A stretch of DNA of 64,000 nt, taken from assembly GCA_042219045.1 (NCBI GenBank), contig JBDGQO010000033.1, positions 57,568 to 121,567 on the forward strand. The letters are read 5' to 3'. Origin of the DNA: Candidatus Bipolaricaulia bacterium (GTDB lineage Bacteria > Bipolaricaulota > Bipolaricaulia > RBG-16-55-9). Below are positions 38,612-49,036 of this stretch, piece after piece (the first letter of the stretch is position 1; each line of letters opens with the position of its first letter). Below the pieces are notes generated by a model. The model made no database searches. It was not told where the DNA came from and saw nothing but the letters and a program-made list of their open reading frames with translations. A program made the position numbers and the translations under genes.

Positions 38612-40260
38612 TGGGACTCCCTTGACGTCGTGGTGTCGAGCTTTCGGAGATGACCGCGATGAGGCTCCTGCGGGCCGTTTACTCGACAGCGATCAAGCCC
38701 GTAGACGTAACCATCCGCTAGCGCCTGCCAACTGGCCTCAAGGATGTCGTAGGCGACGCCGACCGTGCTCCACCGGCAATCGCCGTCGCCGGTCGTGATC
38801 GTCACGCGCGGCTTGGCGCCGGTGCCGCGCTCCGACTCGAGGATGCGAACTTTATAATCGAGTAGCGCCATCCCTAACACTTGGGGATACGCCTCACAGA
38901 GCGCCTTGCGCAGAGCGCGGTCCAAGGCGCTGACGGGGCCGTCGCCCTCCGCGGATTCCATTTTCTCTGCTTCGCCGATGCGCAGCTTGACCATGGCCGA
39001 GGCATCCGGGGTGTCCTCGTCGGCCTCGCGGTGGACGTGCGTGTGGAAGTGGATCAGCTCGAAGAACGACGGCACCTCGCCGCGCGCCCGGCGCAGGATC
39101 AGCTCAAACGACGCGTCCGCGTCCTCAAACTGATAGCCCTCGAGCTCCAAGCGCTTCAGTTCCTCGAGAACGTTGCCCATTTCCTCGGTGGAGCCCACAG
39201 AGAGCCCTGCCTCTTCGGCCTTCTGGAGCACGTTGCTCTTGCCCGAGAGTTCCGAGACGACGTAACGGCGTGCGTTGCCGATCGTTTCCGGCGGGATGTG
39301 CTCAAACGATTTCGTCGTCTTGAGCATGGCGTTGACGTGGGCGCCGCCCTTGTGGGTGAAGGAGTGTTTGCCAACGAAGGGCAACCGTGGGTCATGTTCC
39401 AAATTGGCCAACTCGCTCACGGTGCGCGACAGTCGCGTCAGCTGTTGGAGGCGTTCGGATTGCTCATCCAGGACCGAGACCTCCATCTTCAGCGCCAAAT
39501 TGGGAATCACGGCGCAGAGGTCAGCGTTGCCGGTCCGCTCGCCGTAGCCGTTGATCGTCCCTTGGACCTGAGTGGCACCGGCACGGACGGCCGCCAGCGA
39601 GTTGGCCACGCCGAGTCCGCCGTCGTTGTGGGCGTGAATGCCGACGGGCAAGTCGAAGCGATCACGCACCATCTCGGTGATCGCGCTGACTTCCTCCGGC
39701 AGCGAGCCGCCGTTGGTGTCGCAGAGGATCAGCCAATCCGCACCGCCTGCGACGGCCGCTTCGAGCGTCTGCAGCGCGTAGTCGGGGTCGGCGCGATACC
39801 CATCGAAAAAGTGTTCGGCGTCGTAAATCACTTCCGGTATATGGGCTCCCAAGTAAGCGACCGAGTCGCGGATCATGTGGCAGTTCTCCTCGAGCGTGGT
39901 CCCCAGTACGTCGGTTACCTGTAGCGTCCAACTCTTGCCGAAAATGGCCGTGGCCGGCGTCTCGGCGGCCACGAGCTGTTGGAGGTTGTCGTCGTCCTCG
40001 GCATTGACATGGGCGCGACGCGTGCTGCCGAAGGCAGTCACTTTTGCGCTGGATAACCCCAGTTCGCGGATTTGTTGGAAATATTCCACGTCCTTGGGAT
40101 TGCTGCCCGGCCAGCCGCCTTCGATGTAATCCACCCCGAAGGCATCCAGTTTCTGGGTCAGTTCCAGCTTGTCCGGCAACGAGAAATTGACCTCGGCGCC
40201 CTGCGCGCCATCGCGCAGCGTCGTGTCGTACAACCAGACCTGCTTTGCTGCCTCGCTCAC
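38608..40260 (-). CDS. cimA: Citramalate synthase (bacterial CimA type)
   Basis: [34 protein letters not shown] and HKGGAH motifs; GTG start after GGAGGAGG. Confidence 0.88.
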   Translation of the reverse strand: MSEAAKQVWLYDTTLRDGAQGAEVNFSLPDKLELTQKLDAFGVDYIEGGWPGSNPKDVEYFQQIRELGLSSAKVTAFGSTRRAHVNAEDDDNLQQLVAAETPATAIFGKSWTLQVTDVLGTTLEENCHMIRDSVAYLGAHIPEVIYDAEHFFDGYRADPDYALQTLEAAVAGGADWLILCDTNGGSLPEEVSAITEMVRDRFDLPVGIHAHNDGGLGVANSLAAVRAGATQVQGTINGYGERTGNADLCAVIPNLALKMEVSVLDEQSERLQQLTRLSRTVSELANLEHDPRLPFVGKHSFTHKGGAHVNAMLKTTKSFEHIPPETIGNARRYVVSELSGKSNVLQKAEEAGLSVGSTEEMGNVLEELKRLELEGYQFEDADASFELILRRARGEVPSFFELIHFHTHVHREADEDTPDASAMVKLRIGEAEKMESAEGDGPVSALDRALRKALCEAYPQVLGMALLDYKVRILESERGTGAKPRVTITTGDGDCRWSTVGVAYDILEASWQALADGYVYGLDRCRVNGPQEPHRGHLRKLDTTTSRESH

Positions 40261-41261
40261 GTTGAATCCTCCTCCAAATGGGCAACGACGTCCTCGGTCA
40301 TCTCTGGCGTCGAGCGCGACCCGCCGAGGTCGGGTGTCATCACGCCCCTCATGAGTGTGTTCTCCAGGGCTTGCTCGATGTGCTCTCCCGTCTGGCGGTA
40401 TCCCAAATGCCGGGCCAGCATGGCTCCACAAAGAATGGCGGCCGTCGGGTTGGCGATCTCCTTGCCGGCGATGTCGGGGGCGGTCCCGTGGACGGGTTCG
40501 AACAGGGCATGGCGCTCGCCGAGGTTGGCGCTCGGACACAGGCCCAGTCCGCCGATCAGCCCTGCCGACAAGTCGCTCAAAATGTCGCCGAACAGGTTGG
40601 TCGTGACGATCACATCGAAGCGCTCTGGCTGCGTGACGAGATGGAGCGCGGCGGCGTCGACGATGGCTTCGTCGTAGGCGATGTCGGAATAGTCCTCAGC
40701 CACGTCGCGGGCGCAGCGCAGAAACAGGCCATCCGTCGCCTGCAGAACGTTGGCTTTATGGACTGCCGTCACTTTGCCATGGCCGTTTTCGCTGGCGTAG
40801 CGGAAGGCAAATCGAGCAATGCGGTTGCTTGCGCGCTCGGTGGTCACCCGCGTGGCGGTCGTCACACCAGGCGCGACTTCGGATTCGAGCCCGGCGTAGA
40901 GGCCCTCGGAGTTCTCGCGGACGATGACGAACTCCACGTTGGAATAGAGGCCATCGATTCCCGATAGCGCCCGGATGGGGCGGAGGTTGACGTAAGTCTC
41001 CAATTCGCGACGAAGTCGCAAGATGACCTCGGCGCCCGTCTGGCCGGCCGCGCCGAACAGGACCGCGTCGGCCGCCCGAGCGCCTGCGAGCGTGGCCTCG
41101 GGCAACGCAACGCCGTGCCGCGATCGACAGCTGTCGCCCGCGTCGTAGCGGGCGACCTCAAGCGGGATGGGGCTAGCTTCCAGCACGCCGACCGCGGCTT
41201 CCACCACCTCCGGACCGACGCCGTCCCCCGGTATCACGGCCACCTGGTGGGGGTCAGCCAT
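40257..41261 (-). CDS. leuB: 3-isopropylmalate dehydrogenase (short, archaeal-like isocitrate/isopropylmalate DH family)
   Basis: [26 protein letters not shown] and [12 protein letters not shown] motifs; operon context. Confidence 0.85.
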   Translation of the reverse strand: MADPHQVAVIPGDGVGPEVVEAAVGVLEASPIPLEVARYDAGDSCRSRHGVALPEATLAGARAADAVLFGAAGQTGAEVILRLRRELETYVNLRPIRALSGIDGLYSNVEFVIVRENSEGLYAGLESEVAPGVTTATRVTTERASNRIARFAFRYASENGHGKVTAVHKANVLQATDGLFLRCARDVAEDYSDIAYDEAIVDAAALHLVTQPERFDVIVTTNLFGDILSDLSAGLIGGLGLCPSANLGERHALFEPVHGTAPDIAGKEIANPTAAILCGAMLARHLGYRQTGEHIEQALENTLMRGVMTPDLGGSRSTPEMTEDVVAHLEEDST

Positions 41262-41889
41262 GACTCGGCCCTTCGGCGCCGGCCACCCGCGCTTGCCAGC
41301 GCACGTCATGAGCAGCCTCATACGCGGATATCTCGGCCTCGTGCTCCAGCGTCAACGCGATTTCGTCGAGACCTTCCAACAGACAGCGCTTGCGGAACGG
41401 ATCGATCTCAAAGCTCAGGGAGCCCCCATCGCTTCCGTCCAGGCGCTGGTTCGCCAGATCAACGGCGATGGCATAGTCTGTTAGATTGCGGAGCCGTCGA
41501 AACAGATCGTCGACGATGTCGGCATCGAGCGCGATCGGCAACAGGCCGTTCTTAAAAGCGTTCGTCTGGAAAATGTCGGCGAAGGAAGGGGCGATGATGG
41601 CCCGAAATCCGGCGTCGCCGAGCGCCCAGACGGCATGTTCACGGCTGGAGCCACAGCCGAAGTTTTCCCGTGCCAACAGAATCTCGGCGTCCCGATAGGG
41701 CGGGTCATTGAGGACGAAGTCTGGGTCTTGACTGCCGTCCTCGCGCGTGCGCCAGTCGTGAAACAGCACGTCGCCGAACCCAGATCGCTCGACGCGTTTG
41801 AGGAACTGCTTGGGGATGATCTGATCGGTATCGACGTTGGCAACATCCAAGGGAGCAACCCGTCCGGTGAACGGCTCAAACGGCTCCAT
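41254..41889 (-). CDS. leuD: 3-isopropylmalate dehydratase small subunit
   Basis: [13 protein letters not shown] and [11 protein letters not shown] motifs. Confidence 0.96.
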   Translation of the reverse strand: MEPFEPFTGRVAPLDVANVDTDQIIPKQFLKRVERSGFGDVLFHDWRTREDGSQDPDFVLNDPPYRDAEILLARENFGCGSSREHAVWALGDAGFRAIIAPSFADIFQTNAFKNGLLPIALDADIVDDLFRRLRNLTDYAIAVDLANQRLDGSDGGSLSFEIDPFRKRCLLEGLDEIALTLEHEAEISAYEAAHDVRWQARVAGAEGPSHG

Positions 41890-43327
41890 CGACGAGCACC
41901 TCCTCGGCCGGTCCTCCGTCTTTCAGCCACTCCCGGACGTCGACGAAGCGGCCCTCGATGGCCGCGGCTGCGGCCATGATCGGGCTGACCAGATGAGTCC
42001 GGCCGCCGCGGCCCTGGCGACCCTCAAAGTTTCGATTGCTCGTCGAGGCGCAGCGCTCGCCCGGACTTAAGATGTCGGGATTCATGCCGAGGCACATGCT
42101 GCAGCCGGCGTGGCGCCACTCGAAGCCAGCGCTTTGGAAGATCTCGTGGAGCCCTTCGGCTTCGGCCTGTGCCTTGACCGTCTGGGAGCCGGGCACGACC
42201 ATGGCCCGCACGTCCTGGGCGACCCTTTGCCCCCCCGCCCGCACGACCGCGGCGGCCGCGCGCAGGTCGTCAAGACGCGCGTTCGTACAGGAGCCAATAA
42301 AGACGCGATCAAGGGGAATCTCCCGGATCGGCGTGCCTGGCTCGAGGTCTTGATACGCCAACGCCCGCTCGGCGGATGCGCGTGTGCCCGGGTCCACGAA
42401 CGACTTCGGATCCGGCACGACGCCGGTGACGTCGGCCACTTGGCCAGGGTTGGTCCCCCAGCTCACCTGCGGCGCGAACGTTGCGGCGTCAAAGACCTCC
42501 TCGTGATCGAACTCGGCCTCCGGATCGCTCGGCAGCGTCTGCCAATCCGCCAGCGCGCGCTCCCAATCGCGGCCTTGGGGCGCGAACGGTCGGCCTTCGA
42601 GGAACCGGAATGTCGTCTCGTCCGGCGCAATCATGCCGGCGCGGGCGCCGCACTCGATCGACATGTTGCAGATCGTCATGCGGCTCTCCATGGGAAGCCC
42701 CTCGACGGCTTCGCCCCGGTATTCGAGGACGTGCCCCGTGCCGCCGTCGACGCCGATGTGGCCGATGACGCGCAGGATAAGATCCTTGGCGGTAACCCCG
42801 AGTGACAGTTGGCCGTTGAGCGTGATGGCCATCGTCTTCGGTTTCTGTTGGGGAAGGGTCTGCGTGGCGAGCACGTGCTCGATCTCGCTCGTGCCGATGC
42901 CGAACGCCAGCGCGCCGAATGCGCCATGAGTGGACGTATGGCTGTCGCCGCAGACGATCGTGAGGCCGGGCAGCGTCAGTCCAAGCTCCGGCCCGATGAC
43001 GTGGACGATCCCTTGATGCGGGCTGTTCAAGCCGTAGAGCTCAATCCCGAACTCGTCGCAGTTTCGACGCAACGTGTCGATCTGCTTGGCCGAGATCGGA
43101 TCCGGGATCTCCGTTCGGCCCGCATCGTCGGTCGGCACGTTGTGATCGGTCGTCGCATAGGTCAGATCCGGGCGCCGAACGGAACGCCCCGCCAACCGCA
43201 ATCCTTCGAAGGCCTGCGGCGAGGTGACCTCATGGACCAGATGCCGATCGATGTAGAGCAACGTCGGTCGATCCGGTGGCTCCGCGACGACGTGGGCGTC
43301 CCAGATCTTGTCAAATAGCGTGGGCAT
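41876..43327 (-). CDS. leuC: 3-isopropylmalate dehydratase large subunit
   Basis: [29 protein letters not shown] and NRNFEGRQG motifs. Confidence 0.97.
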   Translation of the reverse strand: MPTLFDKIWDAHVVAEPPDRPTLLYIDRHLVHEVTSPQAFEGLRLAGRSVRRPDLTYATTDHNVPTDDAGRTEIPDPISAKQIDTLRRNCDEFGIELYGLNSPHQGIVHVIGPELGLTLPGLTIVCGDSHTSTHGAFGALAFGIGTSEIEHVLATQTLPQQKPKTMAITLNGQLSLGVTAKDLILRVIGHIGVDGGTGHVLEYRGEAVEGLPMESRMTICNMSIECGARAGMIAPDETTFRFLEGRPFAPQGRDWERALADWQTLPSDPEAEFDHEEVFDAATFAPQVSWGTNPGQVADVTGVVPDPKSFVDPGTRASAERALAYQDLEPGTPIREIPLDRVFIGSCTNARLDDLRAAAAVVRAGGQRVAQDVRAMVVPGSQTVKAQAEAEGLHEIFQSAGFEWRHAGCSMCLGMNPDILSPGERCASTSNRNFEGRQGRGGRTHLVSPIMAAAAAIEGRFVDVREWLKDGGPAEEVLVDGAV

Positions 43328-44867
43328 CGGCGGTCGCCTCCGTCCGGTCCATTTGGGCCCGCTTGCGCAGCATGGAGTTGATGGCGGTGATGAGCGCCTC
43401 CGCACTGGCGGTGACGATGTCCTCGTGCGCGCCCTCGGAGCTGGATTGATGGCCGAACTCGTCGGCCACGCTCAACGAGACGTGGGCCACGGCGTCGCTG
43501 CCGCCGCTGATCGCGTCGAGGTGGAACTCGGTGATTTCCACCTCAAGGTCGTCACCGATCATGGCTTGGACGGCCTTGAATGCCGCATCAACTGGGCCGA
43601 CCCCCGTTTCGGCCGCCGTGCGCGCCTCATCCTGCCGCCGGGCGATGACGCTGGCGGTCGGCGTCAGCGAATCGCCCGTCGTGACCACGAGCTGCTCCAG
43701 CGTCAGTCCCTGATCCCGGTCGGTGCTTTCGGCGGACCTCGCAACGCCTTCGGCGATGGCCACCAGGTCGGCGTCCAACACGCGTTTGCCCTTGCCACCG
43801 AGCGACTTGATCCGCTGAACGATCTCGGTCAGTTCCTCGTCGGACGGATCGAGCCCGGCCTCGCGCAGCGTCTCTTGGATACCTCGCTTTCCGGCATGTT
43901 TGCCGACCACCAGACGACGCCGATGGCCGACCATCTCGGGGGTCATGACACCGGGCTCGAAGGTCGACGCATCTTCCAACACGCCGGCCGAGTGGATGCC
44001 GCTCTCGTGGGAGAACGCGTTGGCGCCAACCACCGGCTTGTTCGGCGTGACGGGGATGCCCGTGAGGCGCTCGATGAAGCGCGAGGTGTCGTAGAGGTGC
44101 TCCGTGTTGAGCCCGAGGTCGATCCCGTGGAGGCAGCTGAGTCCGAGGGCGACCTCCTCGTAGCTGGCGTTGCCGGCCCGTTCGCCGATGGCGTTGAGCG
44201 AGACCTGGGCCATGCGCGCGCCGGCCTCCACGGCCGCGAGCGAGTTGGCGACCGCCAACCCGAAGTCGTTGTGACAATGGATGCTGAGCTCGCAATCGGT
44301 GGCGTCGCCCACGCGGGTAACGAGCGTCCGGATGCCGGTGGGGGTCCCGACGCCGACGGTGTCGGGGAGGTTGATCCAATCCGCCCCGGCCTCTTCAGCA
44401 ACGGCGATCACCTCCAACAGGAAATCGGGATCGGTCCGCGTGGCGTCCATGGGGCTGAACATGCAAGCTTTCCCCGATGCCTTGACCTGATCGACGGCGA
44501 CGCGGGTTTTGTTGAGGACCCCCTCGCGCGTGGTGCCCATTGACTTCTCGATCTGGATGTCGGACGTGGAGGCGAACACGTGCACCATGTCGACGCCGGC
44601 ACGCACAGCCACATCAACGTCGTGCGGCACCACCCGAGCCAATCCACAGACGGATCCCTCGACGGTCTCCGCGATTCGGCTCACCGCCTCGAACTCCTCA
44701 TCGGAGTTGACGGGGAATCCGGCTTCAACAACGTGCGTGCTGAGCGCGTCCAGGCGTTTGGCGATCGCAACCTTGTCGTCGACGGCGAACGCGACGCCGG
44801 GCGTCTGCTCGCCGTCACGCAACGTCGTGTCAAAGATCTGTACCGGAACGTCGATGTCAGTATCCAT
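43311..44867 (-). CDS. leuA: 2-isopropylmalate synthase
   Basis: [32 protein letters not shown] motifs and regulatory domain GPVDA. Confidence 0.85.
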   Translation of the reverse strand: MDTDIDVPVQIFDTTLRDGEQTPGVAFAVDDKVAIAKRLDALSTHVVEAGFPVNSDEEFEAVSRIAETVEGSVCGLARVVPHDVDVAVRAGVDMVHVFASTSDIQIEKSMGTTREGVLNKTRVAVDQVKASGKACMFSPMDATRTDPDFLLEVIAVAEEAGADWINLPDTVGVGTPTGIRTLVTRVGDATDCELSIHCHNDFGLAVANSLAAVEAGARMAQVSLNAIGERAGNASYEEVALGLSCLHGIDLGLNTEHLYDTSRFIERLTGIPVTPNKPVVGANAFSHESGIHSAGVLEDASTFEPGVMTPEMVGHRRRLVVGKHAGKRGIQETLREAGLDPSDEELTEIVQRIKSLGGKGKRVLDADLVAIAEGVARSAESTDRDQGLTLEQLVVTTGDSLTPTASVIARRQDEARTAAETGVGPVDAAFKAVQAMIGDDLEVEITEFHLDAISGGSDAVAHVSLSVADEFGHQSSSEGAHEDIVTASAEALITAINSMLRKRAQMDRTEATADAHAI

Positions 44868-44984
44868 TCGGTCCCCCCAATTGAAAGATCGGACGTTCAA
44901 CAGCTGGGAATGCATTGACAGGTGGATGGCCTCGTTGTCGAAGCACACCCGGTCGGTTCATCTGCTATGCATTCGTCGATCGGC

Positions 44985-45980
44985 TTACTTGGTCAGCCAG
45001 CTCATCATGTCGCGGAGTTGCTCGCCGACGGCTTCAACGGGATGCTCCTTGTCAGCGCGGGTCCTGGCCTCGAAGACCGGTTGATTCGCCTGGTTTTCCA
45101 GGACCCATTCGCGCGCGAACGAGCCGTCCTGGATTTCGTGCAGAACGGCTTGCATGTTCTCGCGGACGTGCTCGTCGATGACCCTTGGCCCGCGCGTGAC
45201 GCTGCCGTAGCTCGCCGTCTCGCTGACAAATCGATGCATCTGCGACAATCCGCCCTGATAGAGCAGGTCGACGATCAGCTTCAGCTCGTTAAGGCACTCG
45301 AAATACGCCATCTCCGGGTTGTACCCGGCGTCGACGAGCGTCTCGTAGCCGGCCTTGACGAGTTCGCTCACGCCGCCGCAGAGCACCGTCTGTTCGCCGA
45401 AGAGATCGGTTTCGGTCTCCTCGCGGAACGAGGTCTCGATGACCCCGGCACGGGTGCCGCCGAGCGCGTGGCCGTAGGCCAGCCCCTTGGCGTGGGCGGT
45501 TCCCGACGCATCCTGTTCGACAGCCAACAGGCACGGCACGCCTTGGCCGTCCTGATAGAGCTGCCGCACGAGGTTGCCCGGTCCCTTCGGCGCGATCATG
45601 ACGACGTCGCTTGTGGCCGGCGGCGTGATCTGGCCATAGTGCACGTTGAATCCGTGGGCGAACAGCAGCGAGGTTCCCACGTTGAGATTCGGCTCAACGT
45701 GAGAGGTGTAGACGCGCGGCTGGACGGGATCGGGCATGAGAAACGCCACGACGTCGGCGGCGCGGACGGCCTCGTCGATGGACAGGACGTCCAAGCCGTC
45801 TGCCCGAGCCTGCTCCGAACTCGAGCTGGTCGATCGCAATCCGACGACGACGTCGAGGCCGCTGTCGCGGAGGTTGAGCGCGTGGGCGCGACCCTGGCTG
45901 CCGTAGCCGAGCACCGCAAGCCGCTGACCCGCGAGCACGGCGTTGTCGGCGTCCTGCTCATAGTAGACGTTGGCGTTCAT
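44985..45980 (-). CDS. ilvC: Ketol-acid reductoisomerase
   Basis: [16 protein letters not shown] and [10 protein letters not shown] motifs. Confidence 0.97.
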   Translation of the reverse strand: MNANVYYEQDADNAVLAGQRLAVLGYGSQGRAHALNLRDSGLDVVVGLRSTSSSSEQARADGLDVLSIDEAVRAADVVAFLMPDPVQPRVYTSHVEPNLNVGTSLLFAHGFNVHYGQITPPATSDVVMIAPKGPGNLVRQLYQDGQGVPCLLAVEQDASGTAHAKGLAYGHALGGTRAGVIETSFREETETDLFGEQTVLCGGVSELVKAGYETLVDAGYNPEMAYFECLNELKLIVDLLYQGGLSQMHRFVSETASYGSVTRGPRVIDEHVRENMQAVLHEIQDGSFAREWVLENQANQPVFEARTRADKEHPVEAVGEQLRDMMSWLTK

Positions 45981-46537
45981 GAACTCACCTCGTTGGGTTG
46001 GGGTTGGTCTCCGTTGCCCGAGATCGGCAGTTCGGTCGGGGTCGGAGCACCGGCGCGCTCTCGCGACAGGAAGATCCGCCCGGTGCGGGCCAACTCGACG
46101 ATGCCGTAGGGCCGGAGCATGTCCATCAGCGCCTCGATCTTGTCGTGTTTGCCGCTCGCCTCAACCATGACGCTGCGGTTGCCGACATCGACGATCTTGG
46201 CCCGGAACACATGGGCGAGCTCCATCACCTCGCCCCGCCGTTCGGCGGACGTGTGGACGCGCACAAGCGCCATCTCACGCTCGACGTGGTCGTCATCGGC
46301 CAAGTCGCTGACCTTGACGACGTCCACCAGGCGACCAAGCTGCTTGATGACTTGCTCCAGCACGCGGTCATCGCCGCGCACGACGATCGCCATGCGGGCA
46401 TAACGCTCGTCGTCGGTCTTGCCGACGGCCAAGCTACGGATGTTGAAGCCGCGCCGGGCGAAGAGTCCCGCGATGCGGGCGAGCACGCCGCTTTCGTTGC
46501 GGACAATCGCCGAGATCGGATGCAGATCGCGGCTCAT
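45977..46537 (-). CDS. ilvN: Acetolactate synthase small (regulatory) subunit
   Basis: [26 protein letters not shown] domain; ELARTG. Confidence 0.95.
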   Translation of the reverse strand: MSRDLHPISAIVRNESGVLARIAGLFARRGFNIRSLAVGKTDDERYARMAIVVRGDDRVLEQVIKQLGRLVDVVKVSDLADDDHVEREMALVRVHTSAERRGEVMELAHVFRAKIVDVGNRSVMVEASGKHDKIEALMDMLRPYGIVELARTGRIFLSRERAGAPTPTELPISGNGDQPQPNEVSS

Positions 46538-48318
46538 GCGAGCGCCTTTCTCCGTGCCTCTCCATTCGGGGCGCTATTCGGCTCAGCCAGAAAGTCGATG
46601 TTGGCTTGACCGGCCGGCACCATGGGGTAGACGCACTCTTCGACGTCGACAATCACGTCCAGTACCACGGGCAGTTGGTGGGCCTCTGCTTCTCGCACTG
46701 CCCACTGGACCGCCGATTCGAGGTCCTCGGGACGCTCCACGCGCCGGCCGAGCGCGCCGAACGACTGGGCGATGTTGTCGAATCGGGGCGGCTGCATGTC
46801 GCTTTCGGAGTAGCGCTGTTCGAAGAAAAGCTGCTGCCATTGGCGCACCATGCCGAGATAGACGTTATTGACGACGACCTCGACCACCGGCACGCGATAA
46901 CGGACGGCCGTGACCAGTTCTTGCATGGTCATGAGGAACGACCCGTCGCCGTCGATGCAGGCCACCGGCACGTCGGGGCGGCCCAATTTCGCGCCGATGG
47001 CGGCCGGAAAGCCGTAGCCCATCGTCCCGAGCCCGCCGCTGGTCAGCCAGGTGCGGGGCTGGTTGAACGTGTAGTACTGCGCCGCCCACATCTGGTGTTG
47101 ACCGACGCCGCTGGAGACGATCGCGTCATCGCCGAGAGCGTCGTCCAAGGCCTCGATCACCTGCTGCGGCATGATCGTGTTCGACGTCTCTTCGTAACGG
47201 AGGGGATATTCGCGCTTCCAGGCGTCCAGTTGCCGCCGCCAGGGCGTCCAGTCCGGCGGCGACTCCCAGGCCCTGGTGCCACACGATAGCTCGCGCAACA
47301 CGGGCTTGGCGTGCCCCACAATCGGCACCGACGCCGGCAGGTTCTTGCCGATCTCCGCGGCATCGATGTCGACGTGGATCAGGCGCGCATGTGGGGCAAA
47401 CTCGTCCAGCTTGCCGGTGATGCGATCGTCGAGCCGGGTGCCCACGCACAGCAACGCGTCGCTGTGATAGATCGCCATGGTTGCCGTGCCCGTGCCATGC
47501 ATGCCCGGCATTCCCAGCGACAGATCGGAGTCCGTGGGGAAATTGCCGAGGCCCATCAGCGTGCTGACCACGGGAATGTTCATGTTTTCGGCCAACTCCC
47601 GTAATTCCCCCGAAGCCTCGGCGTGCAGCACGCCGCCGCCGGCCAGAATGACCGGCCTTTCGGCGCTTTTGAGCACCTCGAGCGCCTGCCGGATCTGCTT
47701 GGGATGGCCTTCGTAGGGGGGAGCGTAACCGTCCATGTGGACCTCATCGGGATGGGGCGCGTCGGTGTCGGCCTTGGTGACGTCCTTAGGCAGATCAACC
47801 AGCACGGGCCCTGGCCGCCCAGTATGGGCGAGGTGGAACGCCTCAGCGATGGACTGGGGGACCTCGTCGGCTTGGTTGATCAGGTAATTGTGCTTGGTCA
47901 CCGGCATCGTAATGCCGCGCACGTCCGACTCCTGGAAGGCGTCGTTGCCGATCAGGGCCGTGGGCACCTGGCCCGTCAGCGCTACCAATGGGATCGAGTC
48001 CATCGACGCATCGGCCAGGCCCGTCACGAGGTTGGTGGCGCCGGGGCCGCTTGTGGTGAGCACGACCCCGGGTTTGCCCGTTGCTCGGGCGTAGCCTTCT
48101 GCCATGTGGGCCCCACCTTGCTCGTGGCCGACGATAATGTGGCGCAAGGACCCGTCCTGATAAAGCGCATCATAGACGGGCATAATCGCGCCACCGGTCA
48201 TGCCGAAGACCAGGTCAGCGCCCTCAGCCTTCAAGCCATCAATGACAGTTCCCGCGCCCGTTCGACGACGGGCGCGGGGCTTGTCTTGGGGGCGGAATCC
48301 GGCTTGGGTGGCGACCAT
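46534..48318 (-). CDS. ilvB: Acetolactate synthase large subunit
   Basis: HEQGGAHMA, TSGPGATN, GQHQMW and GDGSF...NN TPP motifs. Confidence 0.96.
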   Translation of the reverse strand: MVATQAGFRPQDKPRARRRTGAGTVIDGLKAEGADLVFGMTGGAIMPVYDALYQDGSLRHIIVGHEQGGAHMAEGYARATGKPGVVLTTSGPGATNLVTGLADASMDSIPLVALTGQVPTALIGNDAFQESDVRGITMPVTKHNYLINQADEVPQSIAEAFHLAHTGRPGPVLVDLPKDVTKADTDAPHPDEVHMDGYAPPYEGHPKQIRQALEVLKSAERPVILAGGGVLHAEASGELRELAENMNIPVVSTLMGLGNFPTDSDLSLGMPGMHGTGTATMAIYHSDALLCVGTRLDDRITGKLDEFAPHARLIHVDIDAAEIGKNLPASVPIVGHAKPVLRELSCGTRAWESPPDWTPWRRQLDAWKREYPLRYEETSNTIMPQQVIEALDDALGDDAIVSSGVGQHQMWAAQYYTFNQPRTWLTSGGLGTMGYGFPAAIGAKLGRPDVPVACIDGDGSFLMTMQELVTAVRYRVPVVEVVVNNVYLGMVRQWQQLFFEQRYSESDMQPPRFDNIAQSFGALGRRVERPEDLESAVQWAVREAEAHQLPVVLDVIVDVEECVYPMVPAGQANIDFLAEPNSAPNGEARRKALA

Positions 48319-48497
48319 TATCGGCTCGGTGTCGGCGAAGAGGGGCGCTCTTCGCAGTCGTAACGGAAGAAGAAGCCGCCGCTCGCCTCGCGTATCTCGA
48401 CCATGTGATTGCAGCGTGGACAGTGCTGGCTCTCCACCGTTCGAACTTCAACTTGGTCGTTGGCTTCCATGACATTGTGGCATTTCGGGCAATACAT
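48318..48497 (-). CDS. 59-aa zinc-ribbon microprotein, first gene of the ilv-leu operon
   Basis: GGAAAGGAG SD; MYCPKCHNVMEANDQVEVRTVESQHCPRCNHMVEIREASGGFFFRYDCEERPSSPTPSR*; its TAA overlaps the ilvB ATG (TAATG). Confidence 0.8.
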   Translation of the reverse strand: MYCPKCHNVMEANDQVEVRTVESQHCPRCNHMVEIREASGGFFFRYDCEERPSSPTPSR

Positions 48498-48644
48498 TTA
48501 GGCTCCTTTCCATGTCACGCCTGCCAACCAGTCGGTTGGCTCGGCGAATTGCGACTGTGACTGTTTGGATCAGCTAAGCGATCCGGGACGCGTTCTACGC
48601 TTGGCTCAGAACGGTATGGCTGCGGTTGTGGTAATGATGTCCCC

Positions 48645-48794
48645 CTAAAGGGGGAGGACGATCAGAAAGGAGCCAATGAGGCTAATAATGGAGATGGCAC
48701 TAAGGGAGGCCGAAACGGCGAATGGGCGGAAGGCCGCCGGGTGGGACGGGAGTTGGGCCGCTTGGGCGGTTTTCACGCGCGCAGGATGCGCCAT
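48645..48794 (-). CDS. ilv-leu operon leader peptide (49 aa)
   Basis: AAGGAGG SD; MAHPARVKTAQAAQLPSHPAAFRPFAVSASLSAISIISLIGSFLIVLPL*; 11 of the last 19 codons are Ile/Leu/Val. Confidence 0.82.
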   Translation of the reverse strand: MAHPARVKTAQAAQLPSHPAAFRPFAVSASLSAISIISLIGSFLIVLPL

Positions 48795-48829
48795 GGTCCA
48801 ACGCCTCCTTATCACTGGAAGGTCCCATT

Positions 48830-48858
48830 TTCATACCATACTTCAGCCGAACTGTCAA
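48830..48858 (-). promoter_or_regulatory. Promoter of the ilv-leu leader/operon
   Basis: Minus strand TTGACA, 17 nt spacer, TATGAA preceded by TG. Confidence 0.65.
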
Positions 48859-49036
48859 GGGTCCACCTGCGCCGACCTTCAACCCGCTTTGGGACAATTA
48901 TCGTCATTTAGAGTCGGCTTTTCACGATTCGGGGACGCGCGGTCGCAGGAACCGACCCAGGGAGCGCTATCGTAGCTATCCCATGGGTTAGGCTCGTCAC
49001 TGAGCGGTTGTTTCGGGAGAGAGGCATTCGTTGTGG

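Noticed and set aside
48318..48497. LysW-type amino-acid carrier protein
   Set aside because: It has two CxxC motifs but lacks the C-terminal EDWGE, and no lysX/argX genes are nearby.
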